Below, in pieces: positions 18,921-34,010 of a DNA stretch of 37,106 nt. The notes under the pieces were generated by a model that saw only the letters and a list, made by a program, of their open reading frames with translations, searched no databases and was not told the origin of the DNA. The stretch's first letter is position 1, and each line of letters begins with the position of its first letter. Origin of the DNA: Planctomycetota bacterium (GTDB lineage: Bacteria > Planctomycetota > B15-G4 > JADJEK01); the NCBI GenBank assembly GCA_044225365.1, contig JBGAIQ010000052.1:1-37106 (forward strand). Direction: 5' to 3'. The translations under genes and the position numbers were made by a program.

Positions 18921-20347
18921 CGGAAGAGCGTCGGCTTCACCAGGAAGATGACCTTGCTCTGCCGATCGGTGAGCGTCTCGGTCTTGAAGAGGTATCCGAG
19001 CAACGGAATGTCGCCGAGGATCGGGATGCGCGTCACTCGCTCGATCTTGTTCGTGAGCTTGAGGCCGCCGATCGCGAACGGCTGGCCGTCGCGTACGTTG
19101 ATCACCGTCGATGCGGTGCGCTCCGAGATGATCGGATTGAGGATGCCCGTCTGTCCGGTCTCGATGAAGCCCGAGACGAACGACACCTCGGCGGTGATGT
19201 CGATCTGGATGATGTCGTCCATCAACACGTACGGTGTGACGACGAGCTTGATGCCGGTGTCCTCGAAACGCACCTGAACCTGAGTCAGATTTCCGTTGTT
19301 GCCGAGGACGGGTTGCAATACCGGCTGTTTCGTGCCCGTGTCGATGATCGCGCGATGCCCGTTCAGCACCGCCATCTTGGGTGAACTCAGCACTTCGGTA
19401 TTGCTGCTCTGCTGCACTGCACGCAGGATCGCCTTGTAACGGATGTCGCTCTCGAAGAAGGCGAGAGAGAGGCTGCCCACCTGATTGCCGGCGAGGAACG
19501 CATTGGGATCGAGCGGCGAGAGCAGCTGTCCAAACAAGGTGCTCTTGTCGTTGCCGCGGCCCACCTGGGTCTGCGTGCCATCGGGGTTCGTCTTGAAGTG
19601 GGGAGAGAGTTCTTCGACGGCGAGGTTCGAACCGACGTCGAGCGTGTCGTCGAACGTGATCTCGACGACGGTCGCCTCGATCTCCACCTGAGGCACGTCG
19701 GTGAGCAACGCGGTGAAGAACGTATCGACCTCGAAGAGCACATCCTCGGCGGCCGTCACCGCGATGAGATCCGACACCTTCTCGAGACCCGGGACGACGT
19801 TGGAGAGCGCCGCGACGCCCGGCCACTGCTTCGACGGCCGCGGATCGACTTGTACTCCAGGAGTCACCGTCACCGTCGCGGCAGCGGCATTGCCGGCGCG
19901 CGTGTGCGCCTTGATCAACGGCTCGAGGATCGTGCCGCTGCCCGCACGAACCCAGTACAAACGAGTGAGTCGACCGTCGGGCGCGCGAATCGTCTGGTGG
20001 GAGAACGGGTGGAAGGTCGAAACGAGTTTCGCTTTCGCTGCGGCCTTCTCCTTCGTCTCCTGCGCGCTCTGCATCGGCTCCGCGCCGACGAGGCCGGGCG
20101 GGAACGCGGTGTCGCGGGGTGTCGCGCCCTCCCATGGCGGCGACAGATGATCGATCGGCGCTTCGTCCTCGCTGTAGACCTTCACTTCGTGCGGAGACTT
20201 GATCCCTCGCGGGTCGGTCGTCGTCGTGGCACAGGAGCAGAGAACGAAGACGGAACTGCTGAACACCATCCACCGCGGCGACGCGTTCGCAGCACCGCGT
20301 GCACGAACGAAACCGACTTCCTCCGCTTGCCGCCGTGCATCCGCCAT
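18887..20347 (-). CDS. Secretin (GspD/PilQ family), short N-domain, probable lipoprotein
   Basis: Motifs PQVEIEATVVEI, EVLSSPKMAVLNG, FEDTGIKLVVTP, TVINVRDGQPFAIGGL, RIPILGDIPLLGYLFK and IFLVKPTL. N-terminal VFVLCSC. Confidence 0.92.
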   Translation of the reverse strand: MADARRQAEEVGFVRARGAANASPRWMVFSSSVFVLCSCATTTTDPRGIKSPHEVKVYSEDEAPIDHLSPPWEGATPRDTAFPPGLVGAEPMQSAQETKEKAAAKAKLVSTFHPFSHQTIRAPDGRLTRLYWVRAGSGTILEPLIKAHTRAGNAAAATVTVTPGVQVDPRPSKQWPGVAALSNVVPGLEKVSDLIAVTAAEDVLFEVDTFFTALLTDVPQVEIEATVVEITFDDTLDVGSNLAVEELSPHFKTNPDGTQTQVGRGNDKSTLFGQLLSPLDPNAFLAGNQVGSLSLAFFESDIRYKAILRAVQQSSNTEVLSSPKMAVLNGHRAIIDTGTKQPVLQPVLGNNGNLTQVQVRFEDTGIKLVVTPYVLMDDIIQIDITAEVSFVSGFIETGQTGILNPIISERTASTVINVRDGQPFAIGGLKLTNKIERVTRIPILGDIPLLGYLFKTETLTDRQSKVIFLVKPTLFRQPPPLFDPGG

Positions 20348-20369
20348 GGAAATCCTATGTGATGTTCGT

Positions 20370-20500
20370 GGGAACGCCGGACTTCAGCCGGCCTGCTCCT
20401 CACTGGGAGCGCCGGGCTCCAGCCCGGCTCCGGATGGATGCTGTTCTCGCGCAGCGTGTCGTACCGCAAGCAAAGAGCCGGGCTGGAGCCCGGCGCTCCC
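20370..20500. repeat. REP/BIME-like palindromic element cluster
   Basis: Perfect 26-bp inverted repeat GGGAGCGCCGGGCTCCAGCCCGGCTC (20405-20430 / 20475-20500). Each arm is internally palindromic (GCCGGGCT-CC-AGCCCGGC). A degenerate third copy lies at 20370-20392. Confidence 0.8.
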
Positions 20501-20534
20501 CGTCGAGATCGTGACTTTCAGTTCGTCGTTCGCC

Positions 20535-21170
20535 TCAGCGAGTGAGTCCGGACGATTGCTGCTCGTGGAGACGATCGCAAACCGAGTCGGTGATGTCCAC
20601 GGCGCGCTCGTCGTTGACGCCACCTTTCGTGACGACGACATCGAGCCCGCGACGGAGCACGACCCATTCGATCGCCGCTCTGAACTCATCGTTCGCCTCC
20701 GCGACGAGGAGGAGGTAGCGCGCGTAGTCGCGGGAATTGCGCTCGGATCGGACTCGGCGGTAGCTCGGAATCGAATCGAAGCAGCGAGTGACATCGACGT
20801 AGGCGACGGTACGCGCGGTGAGAGGCTCGCCGCGAATCACCTGGCCCACGATGTTGAACGGAGCGGGTTCCGTCGGCGCCGGCGTCGCCGCGGGGGGCGT
20901 AGCGCTCACGACCGGTGCGGCCGTCGGGGGCAGGGCGTTCGCCACGGTCTTCGGCGGCATCGCGGCCGGGACCGCGGCCGCGGTCTTTGCGTCGGGGGCG
21001 GTAGCCACGTCCAGCTTCGACGGTGCCGTCGCATCGGTCATCGGCTGCGTCTTCGACGGGGCCGGAGCCGTCGGAACCGACCCGGGCTGCGGCGCGCCCG
21101 CGCAACCCGTCGCCAGCGCGACGGTGAGGGCGATGAGCGAATGCTGAATCGAGAGCGCTCGTGAAACCAT
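20535..21170 (-). CDS. Lipoprotein with Pro/Ala/Thr-rich linker and truncated Skp/OmpH-like C-terminal domain
   Basis: GGAGGAG RBS, lipobox-like ATGC and a low-complexity linker. TVAYVDVTRCF and AAIEWVVLRRGLDVVV...DITDSVCDRL resemble the OmpH termini. Confidence 0.7.
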   Translation of the reverse strand: MVSRALSIQHSLIALTVALATGCAGAPQPGSVPTAPAPSKTQPMTDATAPSKLDVATAPDAKTAAAVPAAMPPKTVANALPPTAAPVVSATPPAATPAPTEPAPFNIVGQVIRGEPLTARTVAYVDVTRCFDSIPSYRRVRSERNSRDYARYLLLVAEANDEFRAAIEWVVLRRGLDVVVTKGGVNDERAVDITDSVCDRLHEQQSSGLTR

Positions 21171-21328
21171 GTTCTCCTCCGCAGTCGGAGTCCGCCGGGC
21201 GGACTCTGCGCCGATCCGGGTCCGCCCTGAGGCGCGGAACCGACCGGATACTCGGCATCGAGAGCGCTCCCGACGGGAGCCACCACCGATGCCAGCTACA
21301 TCCGGGATTTCGGGACGACGGCTCTATG

Positions 21329-21343
21329 TCAACTCGCGAGCCA
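21329..21343 (-). promoter_or_regulatory. Candidate sigma54 (-24/-12) promoter for the lipoprotein-secretin genes
   Basis: Minus strand reads TGGCTCGCGAGTTGA against consensus TGGCACG-N4-TTGC. Spacing is correct, but the -12 element is GA rather than GC. Confidence 0.45.
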
Positions 21344-21443
21344 AACCGGCCACCGCCGGCCGTAGGGGACTGGAGAGCGTCATTCTGCTCGAAATGGAAA
21401 GGCTTTACAACATCCGTGGCCGATTTCGGCGAACGCCCGAATG

Positions 21444-21502
21444 ATTCCGCCAAAGCGCCGCACGAGTGGCGGAATTAGGTTGTGGCGGAATGGATGGCGG
21501 AA

Positions 21503-21508
<6 letters not shown>
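21444..21508. promoter_or_regulatory. TGGCGGAAT repeat cluster (candidate upstream activator sites)
   Basis: Inverted copy ATTCCGCCA at 21444-21452 and direct copies at 21467, 21483 and 21495. Two copies extend to TGGCGGAATTAGGT. Confidence 0.55.
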
Positions 21509-27394
<5,886 letters not shown>

Positions 27395-27674
27395 TGGGGC
27401 CGATTCTCGCGCGGAAGGCCTGCCCGATACAAGCTGGCTTCGGAAGAGATTGGGTTGCGCAAGACCGGCGAGGAGGCGTACGCTCCTCTTCCGTCGAACA
27501 TGGCAGCCGAGAGGGATCGTGCCGCCAAATTCGGACTGCCGGGTCCGAATAGGCGAGAGATTTCGGTGTGAGTTCGCGTTGCCACGCGCGACATGGCCTC
27601 GCAGCGAATCCCGCGCGCAACGACGACCTGAGTCGGGTCGGACGAAGTTGGTTGGGTTGGAAAGGAGATCTCCG

Positions 27675-28943
27675 ATGCTCTCTCTCCGTACGAGTGCATT
27701 CGCCTTCGCTGGAATCCTCATCGTCGATCTGGGTACGCCGGACGCGCTCGCCGCGAACCAGACGTACGTGGTCGCGAAGCAGCACGGACCCGGTATCGAC
27801 TTCCTGACGATCCAGGATGCCGTCGACTTCGCGACCGATGGCGACGTGATCCTGATCCACGCCGGACACTATGCGCCCTTCGCATTCCAGCAGAAGGGCC
27901 TCACGATTCAGGCCGTTCCGGGCGCCGCGGTGACGATCGAATCGCGTGGTACCAGCGCGATCGAGATCTCCGACAGTACTCCCACGCAGACCACGGTCCT
28001 CCGATCGCTCGAGATCGAGGCGATCGACGGACCTGGCGTGACCCTCGCGGGGGACGCCGGAGTCGTGTGGCTCGAGGAATGCCGGATCAGTGCGAGGAGC
28101 CACGGCGGCATCTTTCCGCTCGGCTATCCCGCGCTCCGTTTCCACGACACGACTCGGGCCGTCCTCGTCCGAGTGATCGCGCGCGGAGCGAGCGCTCTGA
28201 AGGACGCGGTCGGCATCGTGCATCCTGCGGCGTCGGCGGTCTACGCCGATACGTCGAACGTATACGTCTACGACTCGATGCTGGTCGGCGGAGCCGCGGC
28301 GCAGACCGGCTCCCTGGTCCTCGACGGCGCGGCGGGTTTCGCGGTCGACGACGGACTCGTCTTCTCGGCCCGCAGCACCGTGATCGGAGGCGACGGGGTG
28401 CCCACTCCGCCGCCGCAGGGATCGACCTGTTCGGGGACGCTCGGGAACGGCGTCGCGTTCTGGCTCCTCGCCAACGATCCGGAAGTCAATCTCCTCGAAA
28501 CGCAGGCGCTCAGCGGCGGAGCCTCCACGGGGCAGTGCGGCGGCCTGCCCACGAATCCGAACAAGGTCGACTCGGGGACCGTCACCGTCATCCCGGGATT
28601 CACGAGGCTCATCGCGGCGGATTCGATCGTGAAGGCCGCAACGCGCGCGCAAGTCGTCTACAAGGGCAAGCCCGGCGATCTCGCTTTCATCGCGTACTCG
28701 GAGAACACCGTCGCCGCGTGGAGTCAGGCGTCGAAGGGATGCATGTTCCTCGACAAGCCGTTCAACCTGATCCCGCTCGGAGTGCTCTCGGGCAACGGAA
28801 CGCTGACCGTGAACATTCCGGTTCCCGCTCTGCCGCCGGGAAGCGAATGCCATCGCTTGTTCTTCGAAGGCGCGTTCTTCGATGGTTCGGGGTCGGGAAT
28901 CCCCTACCTCACCAATCCGGAACCGGTCACGATCATTCAGTGA
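27675..28943 (+). CDS. Secreted protein with pectin-lyase-like/beta-helix N-terminal region and C-terminal beta domain
   Basis: AAAGGAGA RBS before the ATG at 27675, and a signal peptide ending DALA-A. TIQDAVDFATDGDVILIHAGHY is a typical beta-helix cap. Confidence 0.75.
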   Translation: MLSLRTSAFAFAGILIVDLGTPDALAANQTYVVAKQHGPGIDFLTIQDAVDFATDGDVILIHAGHYAPFAFQQKGLTIQAVPGAAVTIESRGTSAIEISDSTPTQTTVLRSLEIEAIDGPGVTLAGDAGVVWLEECRISARSHGGIFPLGYPALRFHDTTRAVLVRVIARGASALKDAVGIVHPAASAVYADTSNVYVYDSMLVGGAAAQTGSLVLDGAAGFAVDDGLVFSARSTVIGGDGVPTPPPQGSTCSGTLGNGVAFWLLANDPEVNLLETQALSGGASTGQCGGLPTNPNKVDSGTVTVIPGFTRLIAADSIVKAATRAQVVYKGKPGDLAFIAYSENTVAAWSQASKGCMFLDKPFNLIPLGVLSGNGTLTVNIPVPALPPGSECHRLFFEGAFFDGSGSGIPYLTNPEPVTIIQ

Positions 28944-28949
28944 CCGAGT

Positions 28950-29435
28950 TCAGCGAGCGGCGATTCCGGCCAGCTCTTCGGCGAGCACCTTGGCGACCGA
29001 GAGGAGCATCTTCGTCTCCTCGGCCGTGTAGGTGTACTCGCGCCGAGTGCCGATTCCGAGCGTTCCCGTGATCTTGCCGTCCAGCACCATCGGCACGCAC
29101 AGGGCGCCGCCGACGCCCGTCTGCTTCGCTCCGGGCTTGGCGACGCCGCTGCTGTCGGTCTGCAGATTGCACATCGTCACCGGCTTGCCCGTCGCGGCGC
29201 ACTCGCCCGCGATCCCCTTGCCGATCGGGATCTCTTTCGTGAGCGCGACGACGGGCGGCGGCAAGTTCTTCGACGCCTTCAGGACGAGCAGATTGCGCGC
29301 GGCATCGAACAGGTGAACCGTGGCCGTCTCGGACGAGAACCGAGTGAGGATCTCGTCGAGAGCGCGGTCGAGCGCGAGATTCTTGTCGGAACCAAAGGCG
29401 AGGAGGCTGCGGATCACGTTGTTGAAGTTCGTCAT
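28950..29435 (-). CDS. Stand-alone GAF domain protein
   Basis: Probable start at 29435 (MTNFNN). Motifs IPIGKGIAG, ALCVPM, GTLGIG and YTAEETKML. Confidence 0.85.
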   Translation of the reverse strand: MTNFNNVIRSLLAFGSDKNLALDRALDEILTRFSSETATVHLFDAARNLLVLKASKNLPPPVVALTKEIPIGKGIAGECAATGKPVTMCNLQTDSSGVAKPGAKQTGVGGALCVPMVLDGKITGTLGIGTRREYTYTAEETKMLLSVAKVLAEELAGIAAR

Positions 29436-29646
29436 GGCGAAATCTCGATCGAGGGCAATCGTCGTCGATCGTAATGGCATCGAGACGCCGGTGCAATGAA
29501 GCGCTTCGCTGCGGGCTCGCGCCAATCACGCGGAGGATCGTCAGTTCAACGCTTCAAGCTGTCTTGCCCGACCCTCCGGCGCGAACAATGTTGGTACGCA
29601 CGCCGTCTATCCGATTCTCTCGAAGACGTACAGGGGAAGGCGATCG

Positions 29647-31269
29647 TCAGTCGATGGTGAGCTTCGTTCCGCGCGAGCTCGCGATGCCCTTCGGCTTGGT
29701 GGGGTCCGGCGTCAAGAGCTGGAGGTAGACGTTGCCGAGGGAGGCGTCGATCGGGATCGTCGTTTGGAAGCTCGAGAAGCCGAAGGGCATCGGCACCGGC
29801 AACAGGATCATCGGGGATCCGACGAGCAGCGAGCAGCCACCGCCGAGCGGGACCGCGGCCTGGGTCGCGGAGACGGCGAGGAGCGATGTCCCGAGCGAGC
29901 TGAGCAACGCGACGACGACCTTGCCGCCCGGGGTGAAGCAAGAGTTGTCGAGGACGACCTTGGGAGTGACCCCCGATCCCGTCACGCAGGCGGATCCGTA
30001 GTCTTCCTTGGCCCCACAGGTCGGAGAGTAGATATTCAGGATTGTCGATCCTGCCGCAAACGGTGCGGATGCGAATTCTGCCCTTCCGTCGCCATTGATG
30101 TCGCTGAGCCCGACCGCATCTTGCCCGCCCGGCACCTTTGCAATCATCGAGCCATCGAGACCCGAGACAGCAAAGCTCGCCGACGGAGGTTGTTGCCCTG
30201 GGAAATAATGTTGCCCAGTTGCAACGACGATGTCATCGCGCCCATCGGCGTTGAGATCAGGTGAACCATCGAAAGTACTGAGGACATTTGTGACCGAGTA
30301 GGGGAGATAGAGGAGCGGTTGGAAGTGATGGCCGGAGTACACGACAACTCGGTAGGAAGGAGAGGGTTCCTGAGCTATATAATCTCCAAATCCATCCTGA
30401 TCGATATCCGGTCGAAAGGTATGCAGGTAGTCCCAGCCGGGCATTGTTGCGAGCAGGCTGCCGTTCGATCCCGAAGCGACGTGAATGACGTCCGGTGCGA
30501 TTCCGCTGAGGATCCCGTCGTTGAACAGGACGTCCGCGACCCCGTCTTGGTTGGGGTCCCCGGCGTCAGCAACCGCGAAACCGAGGTGACCGGCGAAGGA
30601 AGGCCCCCCGATGAGCGTCAAGAGGCTGCCGGTCTTCGATGAGTAGATTCGAACGCTCCCGGCGGGACTGTAATGCACCTGACCGAGCGTCGTATCTCCG
30701 ACCGCGCCCGCGACGAAGTCCGGGAACCCATCGAGGTCGACGTCGCCGATCTGGGCCACACTGCGGCCGAGGCCCGCATAGAAGTTGGGTCCGATCACTT
30801 GCAGGATGTCGACGCCCGTCGCGCCCGAGATGAGGTGGACGGACCCGGCGCCTTCGAGGGGAGTATTGAGCCCAGCTCCGTAGGATCCCGCGGCAACGAT
30901 ATCGGGGACGCCATCTCCATCCGCGTCCATGCCGCCGGCGATCGCGCTCCCGAGATGCTCCCAATAGATCGGGGAGACTACCTGAAGCAGACGCGTCCCG
31001 CTCCTGGTCGAAAACACCACGACTTCACCCGACGCAGCACCGTTCGGTCCGGATACGTACTGATTGGCGCTTAGTATGTCTACAGCGCCATCGCTATCCA
31101 GGTCGGCGAAACGAGCCATGGTCTCTCCAAGGCCCGATTCACCGTTCGGAACGGGGATTTGCTGAACAGCGCTCTGGCCGATTGCGGAATCAAGTGACGA
31201 GAAAATGGCGACAAGTGCCAAGGGCTGTCGCAGAGAGAATGTGGAAGGGGACCGCATTACGGGCTTCAT
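29647..31269 (-). CDS. FG-GAP/integrin-alpha-like repeat secreted protein with C-terminal beta domain
   Basis: GGAGG RBS and a signal-like N-terminus. Repeats: DLDSDGAVD, DADGDGVPD, DVDLDGFPD, DPNQDGVAD, DIDQDGFGD, DLNADGRDD, DINGDGRAE. Confidence 0.88.
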   Translation of the reverse strand: MKPVMRSPSTFSLRQPLALVAIFSSLDSAIGQSAVQQIPVPNGESGLGETMARFADLDSDGAVDILSANQYVSGPNGAASGEVVVFSTRSGTRLLQVVSPIYWEHLGSAIAGGMDADGDGVPDIVAAGSYGAGLNTPLEGAGSVHLISGATGVDILQVIGPNFYAGLGRSVAQIGDVDLDGFPDFVAGAVGDTTLGQVHYSPAGSVRIYSSKTGSLLTLIGGPSFAGHLGFAVADAGDPNQDGVADVLFNDGILSGIAPDVIHVASGSNGSLLATMPGWDYLHTFRPDIDQDGFGDYIAQEPSPSYRVVVYSGHHFQPLLYLPYSVTNVLSTFDGSPDLNADGRDDIVVATGQHYFPGQQPPSASFAVSGLDGSMIAKVPGGQDAVGLSDINGDGRAEFASAPFAAGSTILNIYSPTCGAKEDYGSACVTGSGVTPKVVLDNSCFTPGGKVVVALLSSLGTSLLAVSATQAAVPLGGGCSLLVGSPMILLPVPMPFGFSSFQTTIPIDASLGNVYLQLLTPDPTKPKGIASSRGTKLTID

Positions 31270-31291
31270 ATCGTTTGCCTCCTTGTGCTGC

Positions 31292-33838
31292 TCAAGGCCG
31301 GAACGGTAGTTTCAACGCAAACGCATCGTCACTGATCGAATTGCAACTGAGCGACGGCTCCCCGTGGTACGCGCATCCGCTCCCCCCGCAGCTACATGGA
31401 TTGTTCGTTTGAATTGCGGGAACGGGAGTTTGTAGCACCGAAATCCCGACCAGGGTCAGCGCCGGATACGCCGCCGCGACGCTCGAAAACATGTTCGAGC
31501 TATCGGTCTGTCCGCAAAGGTAGAATCCTCCGGAGTCGACCGCGACACCCCAGCCGGTATCGCTACCGGCGCCGCCAAGAAGTCGTCCGAAGTCCTTGGT
31601 TCCACCGCGCCCCACCTTGAGAATGAACGTATCGCGCATGCCCTGGAGCGGGGATGTGATCGTGACCGGGAATCCCGTCGTCGACTCGGTATAGCCGGTG
31701 ACCCACATGCCACCCGCGGAGTCGAGGGTGACCGCTTGGGCTTCGTCCATGCCGCAACCGCCAGCCAAGGTGCCGCTCAGCAAGGTCGCGGTTCCGCTCT
31801 TCGTTGGATCGAGGCGAATGATCAGTGCGTCGCGGCAGGTCGTGGTCGGGGTACAACCGGTACAGCCGCTGATCGATTGGATGGCATTGGGCAAGAGGAG
31901 CCCCGTCGTGCTGTCGGACCCGGACCAGCCGCAGGCCGCGATTCCGCCCGACGTCGAGACGTCACAACCCCGGAGCGATTCCTCGCCGAGCCCGCCGTAG
32001 AGGGTCGAGTAGAGGTAGCTCGCACCGTTGGGATCGAGTCGCGCAATCAAACCCTCGCGATTGCCGAAGTTGACGCTGGACTGGATCGCGTTCACCGCAG
32101 GGAAGAAATAGGGATTGGTCGGCCCAAACATCGCGGGGTCGTCCGGAGCGAGATCGCCAACCACGGTCGCGTAGACCTGCGTCGGATTCGCCGGATTCGA
32201 ATGCAGGCCGATCCCGAAACATCGTGTCGCGGGCCTGTAGATCTGGCCCACTCCGCCAATGAAGGTGGAATAAACGAGCTGCGCGGTTCCCGTCGCCGAA
32301 GGATTCAACTTCGAGACGAAACCCGCCCAATTCGTTTGATAGTAGATCGAGCAGACCGGTTCGACGACTCCGGGGGTGGTCGGGAATGGGATTGCTTGAC
32401 CAGTATGCGAGTCGGTGTATCCCGTCACGTACACGTTGCCGAAGGCGTCGACTCGCAGGTCCTCCGCGAGATCTTCACTGGTGCCGCCAAGCAGGGTCGA
32501 CCAAGAGAGGCAGGAACCCGCATTCGTCAATTTGATGACGAACGAATCGCCCGCGTTTCCCGGCCTTGTCGTTTGGAAGGCGCTCGGGGTAACCGGGAAC
32601 GGACCGATGAAGTTACCCGACGGATCGGGAGCCGGGGGGGCAAGCACAGGGGGTTCCTCCGCACGTCGCCGTCGTGATGGTTGCATTGGTGATCCCGCAA
32701 ACGTAGACACTCCCCGCCGCGTCGACATCGACGCCCTTCCCGATGTCGAAGTTGGGGAGCGTCGACGGATTTCCACCCAGGTAGGAGCACCACAGGATCT
32801 GGCCGACATCGTCGAGCCGGGCCACGAATGCATCCCAGTGCCCGTTGTGAACCGTATCGAACGCATTGCTCCCAATTAAAGAACTCCCGACGGGAAACAG
32901 CTCGTCCGAGTTATCACCGCCGCTGAGCGTAGTCCCCGTGATCACGGTGTGCCCCGCGTTCACGGCGACATCGAAGGCAACCTCCGATTGCTTTCCACCA
33001 ACGTACGAGAAGAAGTACTCCGCAGGCGGCGTCGTGACTTGCGGATCGATCGTGACGATCGAACCCGGGACCGAGCGTTCCGCACGGATCGCGAAGCGTT
33101 CGTCGTCGATCCGATCGAGATGACATTCGATCGGATGCTTCTCGCCGTTGGACAGGGTCTCGAAGGCGATGGGAGCGGTGTGGCGCAACTCGCCGGTGAG
33201 CGTGCGGATCCTCAATTCATCATTCTCGAGCAGATCGATTCCGCGCGCACCGCGAATCCGAATCGTCCCTTCGGCTTGCATCGCCTTCGCACCCAAGACG
33301 AAGTCGTATTCGAAGACACCGCCGACTTTGCGGGCGACGACGTCGAGATCCTTGCCGATTCCTTGGTAGCGCACGGCCCCAAAGGTGGGCACGTTCACGT
33401 GCCACTTCGCTGGATCGGCGCCGTGGAAGTAGTTGACTCGCGTGACTCGCGGCTCGAGCGCCGCGATCGAGGCGTCGTCGGTACGATTCTCGAAGAGGAT
33501 GTCGACGCACGAGTAGCGCGGGAGTCCGAGCGATCCCGTTCCACATTCCTCGCCGAGTTGCGCGACCGGTTCGCCGCCCGCGACGAAGAAGCGAAACCCA
33601 TCGTCCATCAGGTAGGTCATCATCCCGGGACTCTTCGTCGCAAACCGGACCGGCGCTGCGAATTGGCCGTCGTTTTCTACGAAGTCGATCGATGTGCCGA
33701 GACTGTTCGCGAATCCATTGGGCTTCGGCGCTTCGCCCGTCGCCGCGACGCTCTCACGCGAAGCGACGACACCGATTAGCAGGAGAGAGAGAGAGCCGAT
33801 GCGCTACGCGGAGCGAGTCGCATGTGCATAGAATTCAT
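31292..33838 (-). pseudogene. SBBP (beta-propeller) repeat surface protein split by two frameshifts at simple sequence repeats
   Basis: AAGGAG RBS with ATG at 33838, which stops after 20 codons past a (CT)6 tract. The next frame carries FVENDGQ...VNYFHG, FEYDF and IDP. A second shift at C7 (32634-32640) leads into the 31292..32875 frame with SBBP repeats (WSTLLGGTSED, VDAFGNVYVTGYT). Confidence 0.8.
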
Positions 33839-34010
33839 GAATCGATCTCCTTGCCGCGGCCTTTTCGTCCGCGGTTCCACCTTTATTCGCCGCGAAGTAT
33901 CGCGCGCGGCCCCGGAGCCGTCAAGTCGAAAGTCATGCGGCAACCACTTGTATGGCTTTGCTTCTTATTTCCGCGTCCTGCTCCCCTTCGATGCCTTCGA
34001 CCCCCCTCCT

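Noticed and set aside
21277-21294. Second sigma54-like site TGGCATCGGTGGTGGC on the minus strand
   Set aside because: The GG-to-GC spacing is one base too long for a -24/-12 promoter.
27395-27721. N-terminal 109-aa extension of the 2072-aa ORF (likewise the extensions of ORFs 1421..2857, 3491..4519, 5857..7404, 9671..10447, 14990.., 15208.., 16839.., 27450..)
   Set aside because: They overlap neighbouring genes or precede obvious signal peptides/RBSs, so downstream starts were chosen.
28950-29435. Free methionine-R-sulfoxide reductase (MsrC) call for the GAF protein
   Set aside because: It has GKGIAG rather than the GxGVCG motif and lacks the HIAC motif, so it was left as a generic GAF protein.
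29647-33838. Prophage or integrative element explaining the lower-GC region
   Set aside because: No integrase, transposase, tRNA target or flanking direct repeats were seen.
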